A DNA stretch of 64,000 nucleotides from Candidatus Nomurabacteria bacterium (GCA_023898465.1 CP060223.1:480001-544000), one strand, 5' to 3'; shown: positions 46,542 to 57,398, counted from the first letter of the stretch. Program-made: numbers and translations. The notes: generated by a model from the sequence alone, not told the origin.

Positions 46542-49500
46542 CCAAAGAGGTCTTGCACTGATCCTAGGATTACCTGCACAACTGTTTGTTCTTGCTGTGG
46601 AGTAAGAATAGTCAGAGGCTCAGACACCGAGGTCTGTCCACTGGAATCCGTGCTCTCCACCTTGAACTGATACACCGAACCTGGCTCAAAACTTGTCAAA
46701 ACGACAACGTGCCGTTTCGTATAGTTTGTATCAAGTGGCGTGGCTTCGGTAATTGCTTCATCAGCACTGGCAACACCCTGTCGATAGTACACTCGACTAG
46801 TGGCTGGCTCATTTGTTAGCCAGCTGATGATGGTTTGGACTTTAGTATCACGGCCCGGGGAAAGGGCTGAGTCAGTTTGAATCTGCGAGATAAGCGGAGG
46901 CGCATTCTCATCGCCGGTCACAAAGGAGTCAAGCGTCTTGGAAACCGTATTGCCATCTGCATCAACACTTACCAACTCAATTGCGTAAGTCACTCCAGAC
47001 TCAAAACTATCTACAGTCACCTGATGAATAATGGTTTGCGTATCATCTCGAACACTGCTTAACTCATCGACCGCTTTGATGTTATTGCGATAAGGTATCA
47101 CCCGTACAGTGGCATCTGCATCACGAGTGGTGGTCCAGCGGAATACCGCTTCCTCGCTTGATATTTTTTCGACGGCATAATTTTGAATATCAAAAACCTG
47201 CGGATCAGTAGTGAAACTAAAGTCTGCACTTTGCGTTGTCTGGCTAATCTTTGTTCGACTACGCACTTGGTAATGATAGGTTGTATCAGGCTGTAAGTTG
47301 TAAACCGTAACTGAATGGGTCGTGCTATAGGTTTCCGCATCACCCACCACCTGAGTATACTGTTGTGCCAGAGCAAAGTCAGCATCTGAAGCGTAAGCTA
47401 CCAGGGCATTAGAGTCTTTATCAGTTCTCCATTGGATAGTGACTGAAGTTGGACCAACATCCACGCGAGGCTCTCCACTAATAAGCGGAGTAGGAATTAT
47501 TTTTGATAACTCCTCGATGAGTTGATACTGCTCTTCTAAACTTAGCTCTAAAATATCAATGCTAACATTGCCATAGAGATCATTCAGTAGATCAAGATTT
47601 TCTTCAAGGATATTCTTAATCTCATCAGGATTGTTTCTATCGATTGGTGCAGTGCCAGACGTAGTGAATGTTTTATCGCCGGTAATCGACGTGTTGCCGC
47701 TTGCATCAACGGAAATAACTCGATAATGATAAGTAGACCCACTGTTTAATTGTTGCAGAGTAAGGCTATGACTGGTGGCATAAGTCCAGTCACCATAAAT
47801 AGTTCCGTAAACTGTGGTAAGGCCAAATTGAATAAAGCTATTCGCTTCCTCACTTGTAGTCCAACGCACAGTGGCAGCGCTATCGCTAATGTTTACCACC
47901 TCGATGCCGGTTATGCTTGGATTTGTCTCATCCTTACTACCATCAATAGCATCTTGTTCACGTTGCTCTACATCTGATTCCTCAGACAGCATTTCTAAAG
48001 TGCTAAAGGATTTTTCTGTACTCGTTGTGCTATTACCTGAAGCATCAACTGACGAAACAGTGTAATAGTATGTCGTCTTAGGGCTGAGATTACTTAAGGT
48101 AACTAAATGGGTTAGGTTGAGACTTTCGTCTAAGCTCGTTGTAACCGTATAATTTCCCGAGCTTGTCCCATAACGCAATTGAGATGTTGCTCGCTCGTTA
48201 CTTAGCCAGGTAACTACTGCTCGAGTGTCAATGACCGGATCGGCCTGTATATTTGATAAGACTGGTGGCACTGTATCACTAGTCGTAACAAAGGAGTAAT
48301 ATTCACCACCGTTGTTATCAAAAGCTACGCCTGAGGTTACATAGTAGTAATACAGGGTACCGTTTGTCAGTCCTGATAACTTCACTAAATGATTCATCGT
48401 TGGTGGAGTATCCAGACCAACCTCAATGGCATCACTCATATCTGAATTCACTGAATAGAAGACGTGTGAATCAGACTCTACATCAGTTAACCAGCTTATA
48501 CTCGCTTCAGTATTACTCACCTCTTGCGTACTTACATTAGAAATTGCTGGACCACTTAAGGTTGTTACCGTATATCCATCACCTCCGTCAGAGTCAGTTG
48601 CCGAGTTCCCACCCGGATCCTCTGAACGAACTCTGAAATAGTACGTTGTCGAGGGATCGAGTCCGGTAAGTATGACTCGGTGAACACCAACACCTGCTTC
48701 ATTATCCATCAGAGTTGCAACACCGATAGTCGTACCAAAATCAGCTGGGGTATCTGAATATCCAATAGTAGAATCAGAGAGCTCATCTGTCTCCCAGGTA
48801 ATAGTGACCGTCTGAGTACCTATCTGACTGGTTGCTACATTTGAAATAGTTGGAGGCGTACTATCAGTACCTCCTTGTCCGTTGGCAGACTCTGAGACAA
48901 CCGCCGAGTAGTAAGAAAAATTTCCATCGCTATCTTCGCTTGATATCTTATACCAATAGCTTGTATCTGCTGTAACACTTTGATCGAGATAATAGTTAAT
49001 TGCTCTATCGCTTATGTGGCTAATCGTACTATAGCTCGTGCCGTCTGTTGAACGATACACCGTGTATTCGCTAAAGCCTGGGTCGGGCAGTGCTACTGCC
49101 TTCCAAGAAATAAAGAGTTGATAGGCATCAGCTTCTACATTACTAATATCACGAATAATCACTGTTGTTGGTGTTTCTGGTGTTACCGCTGATGCACTAC
49201 TGCTGGTATTTTTGTACGCATCACGGAAACGGACATAGACTGTATCTGGATCAGTAACCAAGGAAATAGTTGAGGAAGAGGCATAGCTTACCCACGTCGC
49301 GCCAACAAAGTCACTCCGCAAAGATACTTGCATTTCAAGGCTGCTATCATCAGAGCCGGAGAGATCGAGAGAAGCGGGGTCAGTACGTGCGTCCACCACA
49401 ATTGCCGGACTACCGAGGACTGGGTCTTTTACATCAAGAGTAAAGGCGCTTGTTTCATCGCTGGCTGTATTATTTGCTAATTCCCCATCATCAATAGTGA

Positions 49501-51943
49501 CTCTAATTAAGGTAGTGGTGCTATAGGTCCCATCGATTTGGGCTTTTGCGTTCCAGCTTGCACTATATTCAGTGTAATTAGTTTCATCGATGTCTTTAGG
49601 ATCGGTTGCCCCGGATGATAGCCCTGTGGTCACGTTAAACCAATCAAGGCCATTATTTAACGAATATTCAAAACTCGGGGTCACCTGTCCTGAGCCAGAG
49701 CTGCCATCTGGGTCACGAACTGAGTAAGTGATAAGCACGCTACCATCACTGCTTTGCTGGGTAGCTGTTGGTGCGCCCTCAAACTCAGGCGGTGCATTTA
49801 CCACATACACCATAGTTGCATCATACAGTGTTGGCGCCGCATAACCGTTTGAAGACTCTAGCCATACCTTATACTGCATCCACTGATCATTCGTACTATC
49901 GGTATGAGTGCTATTCACCGTCTCTCCGCCACTTGGATCAGTATAATAATCCCCTGTGCCGCTAGGACCAAGCCAGCTTGACCAAGTACCAGGAGATCCT
50001 GAGCTATCTGGAGCGGTCCGAATCTGAAATTTGATTTCAGTACCACTCGGTAGATTTTCTGTCCAGCGCATACCCCCCAGCGCATTTAATGCATCGGTGC
50101 TATCAAAAGCAGATGAGGTCAGTGTTTGTGATGATGGGTATTGTTGATAACCGATGCTAATGTCTTCAAAGTGCGGCGAAGCACTAGTATCACTCGTCGA
50201 CATACTCACTCGATATTGAATGTATTGCTCACCATCCGTGACGCAAGCGTCAGAACTAATATCATTCCCGCTCGTTAAATTACCGCATCCGGACCAATCA
50301 GGTGCTCCACTCATGCCTGAATCATTTGAGGTACGAGCCTGAACAGTTAAAGTGGTGCTTCCTGGAACGGTAGCATTCCAACTTAAGGTATCAAAAACAG
50401 TGTTTCCGTTTGTATTAAGTGCCGCTGAGGTGAAAGTGCCCGGTGTAAGATAGGTTGAAGGAATATTAATGGCTAATCCGCTTGCACCATCAGCCATATA
50501 GCTAGTGGTGCCTGATTGCAACACATGTTTTCCGAGCGCGGTAAGTGCGGTGCTGCTCACTTCTGATGGAGAGGTTGGATTGCTCACATCAAGCACTTTT
50601 AAGCTTGCGTCATCAATAATGTACAAGTCTGTGCCTACCGCCTCTACTGAACGCACATCAGTCAAACCTGTACTATAAGCCCCTATGCGAACCGGGACAG
50701 ATGGATTACTAATATCAATAATAGTGACACCAACCGAGGAGTCTGCGGTATATGCGTAGCTACCTACTATAGCTACATCATATCCTTCATCAAAGGCTTC
50801 AAAATCATACGAATATCCTCGTACACCGCTAATAGAACCCGGGGTTCCAATATTGTATATGTTTAAACTCGCAGCCTCTCCGTAATCATCGTACCCAACC
50901 CCATATAAGTAATCACCATCAGCAACCAGGCGATACGGTCTTGCTTGATATGAAACGTTTGACGCACTGAGACTTGGGTTTACCGGATCCGCCAAAGACA
51001 ACACATAAATGCGCATCACACGACAAAAACCTGAACAACCTCCTACTGCAAAACCGGCATACAAATATGATCCACGAAGGTATACGCTGTACACCTCTCC
51101 CGTGCTTGTATATTGCCCTACTAAGCTCGGCGCATTTTTGTTGCTAATATCCACTACACGAACATCACCGGTATAGTCAGCAAGATACGCATAGTTGCCT
51201 GAAACGGTAACGTCTCGCGCGTCGTTTGTGTCGACACTACCAAGGGGCTGAGGTGATAAAGGATTCGAAATATCAAAAATTTTCAAACCATCAACGCCAT
51301 CGGCAATATAGGCATAATTACCGTCGACAAAAACTCCTTTTGCGTCAGTGGTGTCGGAATAGGCAGTGCCACCACTTGATTGGGCCAACTCAACATAGGC
51401 CCCACTTCCCGATCCCGTGACTTGAGTGCTACTCGTGGTACCTGTACCAAAATCAGCATCACTCGTTTGCACGAGAGACTGCGACGTGGTAGTTAAGCTT
51501 AGTTCCGTGCCAATGTTAAGGTTTGCATCAGCTGCTGAGTACTCATTCCAACCTGTCTGATCACCTGGATGCTGAGCAGTATTTGCAGTTTGACCACCGC
51601 TCCAGTCTGTCTGCACCCAATAATAAGTGGCCGCTCGAGAGGAACCAATAGTGAGAGCCCAAAATGTCACGCTAATGAGTAAAACAGACGAAATAATTGC
51701 TCCTGCGTAACGTCGAGAACTTTTAAAAGGCTTTATTACCTTTTGCGCTACCTTTTTATTACGTTTTAAGGAAATGGCAAGTACCCATCCAAAATATAAT
51801 GGGATAAACGCGGTATAAGGACGCTGCTTCTTGCGTTTCGCGCGAAGAAGCGTTGTTTTTTTCTGTAAGCTGGCTGATAAAGAAAATATTCCGAAACCAG
51901 CTCTTTTTGGGGGGCTTTTTTTCGCCGACCTTTTTTTGGTCAC
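46523..51943 (-). CDS. Giant cell-surface protein (about 1800 aa): signal/anchor, LVIVD-repeat beta-propeller region, then at least 6 fibronectin type III-like domains
   Basis: LVIVD-type repeats GNYAYIADGVDGLKIFDISNPLSPQPLG / GNYAYLADYTGDVRVVDISNKNAPSLVG; FN3 units TPPTISNVATSQIGTQTVTITWETDELSDSTIGYS...YYFRVRSEDPGGN repeated. The annotated Met start lies in a Lys/Arg-rich extension, so the real start may be a downstream GTG/TTG before the hydrophobic signal. Confidence 0.7.
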   Translation of the reverse strand: MTKKRSAKKSPPKRAGFGIFSLSASLQKKTTLLRAKRKKQRPYTAFIPLYFGWVLAISLKRNKKVAQKVIKPFKSSRRYAGAIISSVLLISVTFWALTIGSSRAATYYWVQTDWSGGQTANTAQHPGDQTGWNEYSAADANLNIGTELSLTTTSQSLVQTSDADFGTGTTSSTQVTGSGSGAYVELAQSSGGTAYSDTTDAKGVFVDGNYAYIADGVDGLKIFDISNPLSPQPLGSVDTNDARDVTVSGNYAYLADYTGDVRVVDISNKNAPSLVGQYTSTGEVYSVYLRGSYLYAGFAVGGCSGFCRVMRIYVLSLADPVNPSLSASNVSYQARPYRLVADGDYLYGVGYDDYGEAASLNIYNIGTPGSISGVRGYSYDFEAFDEGYDVAIVGSYAYTADSSVGVTIIDISNPSVPVRIGAYSTGLTDVRSVEAVGTDLYIIDDASLKVLDVSNPTSPSEVSSTALTALGKHVLQSGTTSYMADGASGLAINIPSTYLTPGTFTSAALNTNGNTVFDTLSWNATVPGSTTLTVQARTSNDSGMSGAPDWSGCGNLTSGNDISSDACVTDGEQYIQYRVSMSTSDTSASPHFEDISIGYQQYPSSQTLTSSAFDSTDALNALGGMRWTENLPSGTEIKFQIRTAPDSSGSPGTWSSWLGPSGTGDYYTDPSGGETVNSTHTDSTNDQWMQYKVWLESSNGYAAPTLYDATMVYVVNAPPEFEGAPTATQQSSDGSVLITYSVRDPDGSSGSGQVTPSFEYSLNNGLDWFNVTTGLSSGATDPKDIDETNYTEYSASWNAKAQIDGTYSTTTLIRVTIDDGELANNTASDETSAFTLDVKDPVLGSPAIVVDARTDPASLDLSGSDDSSLEMQVSLRSDFVGATWVSYASSSTISLVTDPDTVYVRFRDAYKNTSSSASAVTPETPTTVIIRDISNVEADAYQLFISWKAVALPDPGFSEYTVYRSTDGTSYSTISHISDRAINYYLDQSVTADTSYWYKISSEDSDGNFSYYSAVVSESANGQGGTDSTPPTISNVATSQIGTQTVTITWETDELSDSTIGYSDTPADFGTTIGVATLMDNEAGVGVHRVILTGLDPSTTYYFRVRSEDPGGNSATDSDGGDGYTVTTLSGPAISNVSTQEVSNTEASISWLTDVESDSHVFYSVNSDMSDAIEVGLDTPPTMNHLVKLSGLTNGTLYYYYVTSGVAFDNNGGEYYSFVTTSDTVPPVLSNIQADPVIDTRAVVTWLSNERATSQLRYGTSSGNYTVTTSLDESLNLTHLVTLSNLSPKTTYYYTVSSVDASGNSTTSTEKSFSTLEMLSEESDVEQREQDAIDGSKDETNPSITGIEVVNISDSAATVRWTTSEEANSFIQFGLTTVYGTIYGDWTYATSHSLTLQQLNSGSTYHYRVISVDASGNTSITGDKTFTTSGTAPIDRNNPDEIKNILEENLDLLNDLYGNVSIDILELSLEEQYQLIEELSKIIPTPLISGEPRVDVGPTSVTIQWRTDKDSNALVAYASDADFALAQQYTQVVGDAETYSTTHSVTVYNLQPDTTYHYQVRSRTKISQTTQSADFSFTTDPQVFDIQNYAVEKISSEEAVFRWTTTRDADATVRVIPYRNNIKAVDELSSVRDDTQTIIHQVTVDSFESGVTYAIELVSVDADGNTVSKTLDSFVTGDENAPPLISQIQTDSALSPGRDTKVQTIISWLTNEPATSRVYYRQGVASADEAITEATPLDTNYTKRHVVVLTSFEPGSVYQFKVESTDSSGQTSVSEPLTILTPQQEQTVVQVILGSVQDLFGWLNLF

Positions 51944-51988
51944 GACAAAATTATCCCACTTTTTCCACTATTGAGCAAGTGAAAACTA

Positions 51989-53188
51989 TTACTTATATCG
52001 CAGCGCTTCCAATGGATCCATATTTGCAGCGCGACGTGAAGGAAAAATACCAGTTAAGAAACCGATGAAGGTGGAAAAAACAATAATAACCACAACAAAC
52101 CACAGTGGTTCATAAAATAAATCTAAAGAGCGTCCACCTAAGCGCATCGCCAGGAAATTTAATCCAACATTAGTAATTTGACCAGCCAAAAATCCTAATA
52201 ATACGCCACCCAGACCACCGAGAAAGCCCATCAACATTGACTCGATTAAAAACATCTTACGAATATCCGCTCGCGTAACACCAACCGAGCGCATAATACC
52301 TATTTCATTAATACGTTCGAGTAAGGCAATTGTCATGGTATTAAACATACCAATTGCTGAAACAACTAAGGCAATTAATCCAAAGAGACCGAGGATGATT
52401 TGTAGCACGTTAAATATCTGATTTGCCTGGGAGATGATGTCGGATAATGAGGAAACAAGGTATCCACGAGCAATAATTTGATCACGAACAGTCGCCAGCG
52501 CATCCTGCTCAGCTACTTTCACCTTTACTAGGTCATAGGACTCAATGTCATCAATGCCCAACTCTTGAAGCGGCACATAGGCAAAACTTGATGTTTCATC
52601 TTCAATAATTCCCTGAACTGTGAAGCTCTGCTCCACCTCACGCACATCAACGGTTTCAAAACCCTGCTCATCAAGCTGTGCCACATATACGGTCATAGTC
52701 ACTTCTTGATGCAACATCTCGTCAGCACTCTTATTAAAGAGCTTAGCGGCAGCACTTGATAACACAATTGCCTGACTTGCCTCACTGCTAAATATTTCAC
52801 CTTGATCGACTTGCAAGCCATGTAGTCTGAAAAAATTTGGGTCTACTGCTTGTAAAAGGGAGTCACTGCTCAAGCCCTGGAAGTGGATCTGGCCGGAAAA
52901 GCTCTTCAAACGCGCAGTTTCTGTTACCTCTGGTAAATCCTCTAGATTCTTTAAGGATGCGTCATCCAACACAACCAAGCCGGAATCTCCAGGGGCAACA
53001 TCTAAGCTTAACAATGCATCGGCGGTGGTAATTTGGCTTAAAATAACTCTTTGTAAACCATAGCCTAGCGATACGAGGAAGAGCACTGCGCCAATACCGA
53101 TACCCACGCCTAAGATCGTTAAAAAGGTCCGCATTGGACGGGTAGTAAACATACGCGTCGAAAGTGAAAGGAGATCCGGAATACGCAT
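51989..53188 (-). CDS. ABC transporter permease, FtsX/MacB-like (4 TM with a large extracytoplasmic loop)
   Basis: Architecture plus C-terminal IGIMRSVGVTRADIRKMFLIESMLMGFLGG FtsX-like motif. Confidence 0.8.
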   Translation of the reverse strand: MRIPDLLSLSTRMFTTRPMRTFLTILGVGIGIGAVLFLVSLGYGLQRVILSQITTADALLSLDVAPGDSGLVVLDDASLKNLEDLPEVTETARLKSFSGQIHFQGLSSDSLLQAVDPNFFRLHGLQVDQGEIFSSEASQAIVLSSAAAKLFNKSADEMLHQEVTMTVYVAQLDEQGFETVDVREVEQSFTVQGIIEDETSSFAYVPLQELGIDDIESYDLVKVKVAEQDALATVRDQIIARGYLVSSLSDIISQANQIFNVLQIILGLFGLIALVVSAIGMFNTMTIALLERINEIGIMRSVGVTRADIRKMFLIESMLMGFLGGLGGVLLGFLAGQITNVGLNFLAMRLGGRSLDLFYEPLWFVVVIIVFSTFIGFLTGIFPSRRAANMDPLEALRYK

Positions 53189-53190
53189 AC

Positions 53191-54537
53191 TTACTCGACC
53201 TGATACTTACCTAACATAATTAGTTCTAGACGGCGAGCTAATTTACGAGCTGTTTGTCTGTTATATCCTAAGCCGCCCTCATCCCACGGTAAATCAAATT
53301 GACGAAAAGCTTCTTTTTGATCAATAACACCCTGTAAACGATTTTGAAGTACTGTATTGAAACGACGCAGTTCATCCGCGCTCCTCATATGAATAGCAAA
53401 CACATCGAGGAGATAATGTCGAATTGTGTGCACTCGTTCTTCTTCGCTTGTAGCTTGCGCTTCGCCCTCTCTTTGCTGAAGTAGTTTAATTTCCTCGACA
53501 AGCTGGGCGATCTTTTCAGTCATCTTTTCTGCGGTGCGATGATCCAAGCCAAAGCCGCCGTCCTCAATATTGAGGTCAAGTAACTGTTCTAAACGCTGAT
53601 CCTCACGCAGCCCGCTCATCAACATGTGCTGCACTTGCTCCTCTAGCTTTGACAATTGAGGAAGTGTTAATCCTGTCAGCACCTCGGTAACAATCTCACG
53701 CGACTTATAGGGCAGAAGCAAATGTTCAATATGCTGAGGCTCTAAGGTGGTATATGATCGCAGGAGTAATTCGAGATTATGCGGCACAACGGGCGGCACC
53801 TCTTTTACCTCTTTCACGCCGGGATGAATAGCTCGGTTCACTTTCGTCTGAATGATCTGCCCATCCTTCATATAAAAAACCCGATGGGCTAAATGCAAAT
53901 GGGCCGGATTATGCGTGACGAGAATAATCGTCTTATTTCTTTTCTCATTTAGCTCATGAATCAAATCCATCACATCATTGGCTGACTTTGAATCAAGGTT
54001 TCCAACCGGCTCATCCGCAAGCACAATGTCGGGATTATTTACTAGAGCGCGACAAATAGCCACTCGTTGCTGCTGACCACCAGAAAGCTCTGTTGGCAAT
54101 TTTTCAGCCTGGGTAATCACGCCAAAGTGCTTGAGAAGCTCGTTAGCAAGCTTAGTTCGCTCGGCCACCGCAGTATGAATTGCCATTTGCGGCAAAAGTA
54201 CATTTTTGCGAACTGATAAGGTTGGTATCAAATAGAAGGCTTGAAAAATCATGCCAATCTTATGCTGGCGATACTCAGCAATCTCTCGCATGGTCAGATG
54301 AGCAATGTCTTTTTTATCTACTGAAATATTTCCATGCGTATGGGTTTCTAGGCCAGCAATTGAATAGAGTAAGGTAGACTTTCCACAACCCGAAGGGCCA
54401 AAGAAAATAATAAATTCACCTGGATAAATTTCCAGGTTAATACGCTGAAGTGCTTTCACTTCATTCTTGCGACCCATAAAATAGGTCACGTTAAGGTCTT
54501 TTACTTCAATAATTGGCTGTAGTACTTGCTTGCCCAC
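53191..54537 (-). CDS. ABC transporter ATP-binding protein with an unusual C-terminal extension of about 200 aa containing two tandem EDGGFGL/DEGGLGY repeat modules
   Basis: Walker A GPSGCGKST, signature LSGGQQQRVAICRAL, Walker B ILADEP. C-terminal repeats LNIEDGGFGLDHRTAEKMTEKIAQL and FDLPWDEGGLGYNRQTARKLARRLELI. Confidence 0.85.
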   Translation of the reverse strand: MGKQVLQPIIEVKDLNVTYFMGRKNEVKALQRINLEIYPGEFIIFFGPSGCGKSTLLYSIAGLETHTHGNISVDKKDIAHLTMREIAEYRQHKIGMIFQAFYLIPTLSVRKNVLLPQMAIHTAVAERTKLANELLKHFGVITQAEKLPTELSGGQQQRVAICRALVNNPDIVLADEPVGNLDSKSANDVMDLIHELNEKRNKTIILVTHNPAHLHLAHRVFYMKDGQIIQTKVNRAIHPGVKEVKEVPPVVPHNLELLLRSYTTLEPQHIEHLLLPYKSREIVTEVLTGLTLPQLSKLEEQVQHMLMSGLREDQRLEQLLDLNIEDGGFGLDHRTAEKMTEKIAQLVEEIKLLQQREGEAQATSEEERVHTIRHYLLDVFAIHMRSADELRRFNTVLQNRLQGVIDQKEAFRQFDLPWDEGGLGYNRQTARKLARRLELIMLGKYQVE

Positions 54538-54597
54538 CTTCGCGTATACTCCGACAGCTGAATAAAACTCTTTTAAGTATACGCTTTTTTGAGGAAC

Positions 54598-55734
54598 TTA
54601 TCTAGTTTTTGCCTGCCAAATAGGCATTTGCGCAAGTTCCGCCATTGCTTCACTTGCCTCAATAATTCCCCCTCCAATAAGCTCATCCCCTTGATAAAAC
54701 ACGATGAACTGTCCTGGCGTGACTGCACGCTGTGCTGTAGTGAAAGAAACGCGCAAGTGCCCATCCTGCTTCTCAATCACGCAATCCTGGGCTGGCTGAC
54801 GGTAACGAATGCGAGCCTGGCAATGATAAGGAAATTCTGGCTCTCTCATTGTCCAACTTGGCTCAATCATGCTCAGCCAGGTAGAGTAAAGCAAAGGGTG
54901 CTTATTCCCCTGCACGGCAATAAGACGATTATGCTCGGTATCTTTTACTGCCACATAGTACGGAATACCCGTGCCGCTCACCCCTAGGCCTTCTCGCTGG
55001 CCAATGGTGGCAAATATACTTCCCTGGTGCTGACCAATAACCTTACCCTCTGGAGTTATCACCTCGCCGGGCTGCTTGTGCAAGCGTGTTTGTAAAAATT
55101 CAGCGATATTCACTGGACCAACAAAGCAGATACCCTGGCTGTCTTTTTTCTCCGCTGTGCGCAGTCCGGCTTCTCGCGCCATCTTTCGCACTTCAGGTTT
55201 TGTATACTCACCGATTGGAAAAAACGCGTAGGGCAAACTGCGCTGATCTAAACTCATGAGAAAATACGACTGATCTTTGTTGCTATCTAAACCCTGGAGA
55301 AGATGAGACCCATCTGCATCATGACGCACTCGGGCATAATGTCCGGTTGCAACTGCATCATATCCTTCGGCAAGCGCCCGTTGTAAAAATAATCCAAACT
55401 TAATCTCCTTATTACAAAGAATATCAGGATTTGGCGTGCGACCTGCAGCGTATTCTGCAAAGAAGATATCCATAACCCGTTGACGATACTCTTCTTCAAA
55501 ATCCCAGACTTCGAAAGGAATGCCTAACTGGGTAGCAACCCGGACCGCATCTTTGCGATCAGCTTCTTCTGAGCAGTATGGCGAAATCTTGGACTTGGTC
55601 CAGTTTTTCATAAATACGCCCGTGATGTCATATCCTTGGTCTCGCAATAAAAGTGCGGCAACCGAAGAATCAACCCCACCGGACATACCTACGGCGATTT
55701 TTTTCTTCTTCGTCATAGCGACGCAATGTACCAC
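54598..55734 (-). CDS. mnmA: tRNA-specific 2-thiouridylase
   Basis: PP-loop KKIAVGMSGGVDSSVAALLL, catalytic Cys region, 378 aa. Confidence 0.9.
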   Translation of the reverse strand: MVHCVAMTKKKKIAVGMSGGVDSSVAALLLRDQGYDITGVFMKNWTKSKISPYCSEEADRKDAVRVATQLGIPFEVWDFEEEYRQRVMDIFFAEYAAGRTPNPDILCNKEIKFGLFLQRALAEGYDAVATGHYARVRHDADGSHLLQGLDSNKDQSYFLMSLDQRSLPYAFFPIGEYTKPEVRKMAREAGLRTAEKKDSQGICFVGPVNIAEFLQTRLHKQPGEVITPEGKVIGQHQGSIFATIGQREGLGVSGTGIPYYVAVKDTEHNRLIAVQGNKHPLLYSTWLSMIEPSWTMREPEFPYHCQARIRYRQPAQDCVIEKQDGHLRVSFTTAQRAVTPGQFIVFYQGDELIGGGIIEASEAMAELAQMPIWQAKTR

Positions 55735-55759
55735 ATGCCGAAGCCTGATGCAAGCATCT

Positions 55760-56905
55760 TTACTTGCCTAGCGCGGTATAGAGGTCATAGACATCAGTCG
55801 TACCCTCTCGCAAAACTTCAACATACATACGGACGCTCCCATCGCTCTGCGTAATAACTTCCGGCTGTCGAATACTGCGATTGTTTGGACCGAGCAATAC
55901 GGCTTGATTGGTTTTCGTAAAAGTGAGTCCATCACTGCTCTCGGCTTGGAAAATTGCCAAGCTTTGTACAATGTTCCCGTCTTGCGAAATGTCACTTCGC
56001 GGCGCAGCGTAATAGAGAATGTAATCCTCCCCTAGGTAGTGAAGCGCTGGATCATATACCGTTGCGGCTATGCGTTCACCTTCCCAGATCCAGTCCTGAC
56101 CAACATTTTCTGAAAGCATGCTCACAATTCGATCACCCTGAGACTCATATACCATACGCAAGTTGCCATTTGGGAGAAGCAGGAGATCAGGACTACTCAA
56201 CAAGCCTGCATCATTACGAGCACCATCAACAATTTTGCCGTGCTGGCTAAAACGCAATCCATCAGAAGAAAAGGCTACATAAAAAGCGCGAGGTTGATCA
56301 ATCTGCGGCACTTCAATTTTTTGTCGAGGTGATAACTCATACACCATGATGAAATACTCACTCGAAATTTGAAGCACTGCTGGATTATGAATTTCCGGAC
56401 GGCGATCAAAAGGAATGCTAGTGTCCTCAGAAATGCCGGTTGACTCGGGATCACCAAATTCTACCCCATCTTGAGAAGTTCTCCGATAAATATTCCCATC
56501 CTGCACATAGTAGAGTGCGATCGTGCCATCGGGGTACACAATACTTGAAACATTAGTAATACCTCGTAAGATCGGCTCATCACTGAGGGTCCAGCTTTGT
56601 GGCGCGTCAAGGTCAGGCGCTTCTGGTATGACAAAGGAATAATCGTTTTCTGCGCTTGAGGTATTGGTGATAGGCCCCGGGGTTAATGTAGTTCCAGGGT
56701 TATACCAACGGGTGAGCAGAGCTATGCTAAAAAGGACAATTGAAAGCACAAGTGTCTGCCAATACAAACGCGGAATACTATACAACTTTGTTTTTTTGTT
56801 TCGCGTCGACCTAATCCGATTCCTCAAGGTCGTCCCAGCGACCGAGGATTTCCTTTTGGGTCTGCTGGAGGCACGACGCGCAGTAGTCTTCACTGCCCTC
56901 CTCAT
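55760..56905 (-). CDS. Secreted/anchored beta-propeller-like protein with Asp-box-like SxDGxxF repeats (possible glycoside hydrolase or BNR-like protein)
   Basis: SQDGVEFG, SSDGLRFS, SSDGLTFT motifs; N-terminal basic extension plus TM. Confidence 0.35.
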   Translation of the reverse strand: MRRAVKTTARRASSRPKRKSSVAGTTLRNRIRSTRNKKTKLYSIPRLYWQTLVLSIVLFSIALLTRWYNPGTTLTPGPITNTSSAENDYSFVIPEAPDLDAPQSWTLSDEPILRGITNVSSIVYPDGTIALYYVQDGNIYRRTSQDGVEFGDPESTGISEDTSIPFDRRPEIHNPAVLQISSEYFIMVYELSPRQKIEVPQIDQPRAFYVAFSSDGLRFSQHGKIVDGARNDAGLLSSPDLLLLPNGNLRMVYESQGDRIVSMLSENVGQDWIWEGERIAATVYDPALHYLGEDYILYYAAPRSDISQDGNIVQSLAIFQAESSDGLTFTKTNQAVLLGPNNRSIRQPEVITQSDGSVRMYVEVLREGTTDVYDLYTALGK

Positions 56906-57023
56906 ATTTTTTCTTGCACTGTTTACAAGTTTTCACTGACTCAGTATAACAGAAATCTTTTTTTAGCCCAAAAAAACCAAAGTGGCATGGAAAGAAACAA
57001 TACGTTATACTGCTCGTATGCAT
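56811..57023 (-). CDS. Small Zn-ribbon protein (CKQCKK...CASC)
   Basis: Two CxxC pairs; overlaps the 5' extension of the downstream ORF, so one of the two starts is mis-set. Confidence 0.3.
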   Translation of the reverse strand: MHTSSITYCFFPCHFGFFGLKKDFCYTESVKTCKQCKKKYEEGSEDYCASCLQQTQKEILGRWDDLEESD

Positions 57024-57398
57024 ATTATTTTTCGTTGGATTCTTAACGCACTCGCCCTCCTCCTGGTCGCCTATCTCCTGCCTGGATTTGCGGTTGATTC
57101 TTTTTATGCCGCGCTTATTACCGCGCTTATCCTAGGCATCCTGAACGCGGTTATCCGACCGCTGCTCATCATCCTCACCCTGCCCGTTACCATCCTCACT
57201 CTCGGACTTTTCACCTTTGTGATTAATGCCCTGCTTATCTGGTTTGTAGCGAGCTTTGTGCAAGGATTTCAGGTTGATGGATTTGGACCTGCTTTCCTAG
57301 CTGGATTACTACTTTGGATTATTTCTTGGTTCACCAACGGACTTACAAAAAAGCGCAACACAAAACCAAAAGTGGAAGTATTAGGTCAACCTAAATAG
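57018..57398 (+). CDS. DUF360/phage-holin-4-like (YvlD-type) small 4-TM membrane protein
   Basis: ILGILNAVIRPLLIILTLPVTILTLGLFTFVINALLIWFVA is characteristic of the family; start probably MHIIFRW. Confidence 0.55.
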   Translation: MHIIFRWILNALALLLVAYLLPGFAVDSFYAALITALILGILNAVIRPLLIILTLPVTILTLGLFTFVINALLIWFVASFVQGFQVDGFGPAFLAGLLLWIISWFTNGLTKKRNTKPKVEVLGQPK

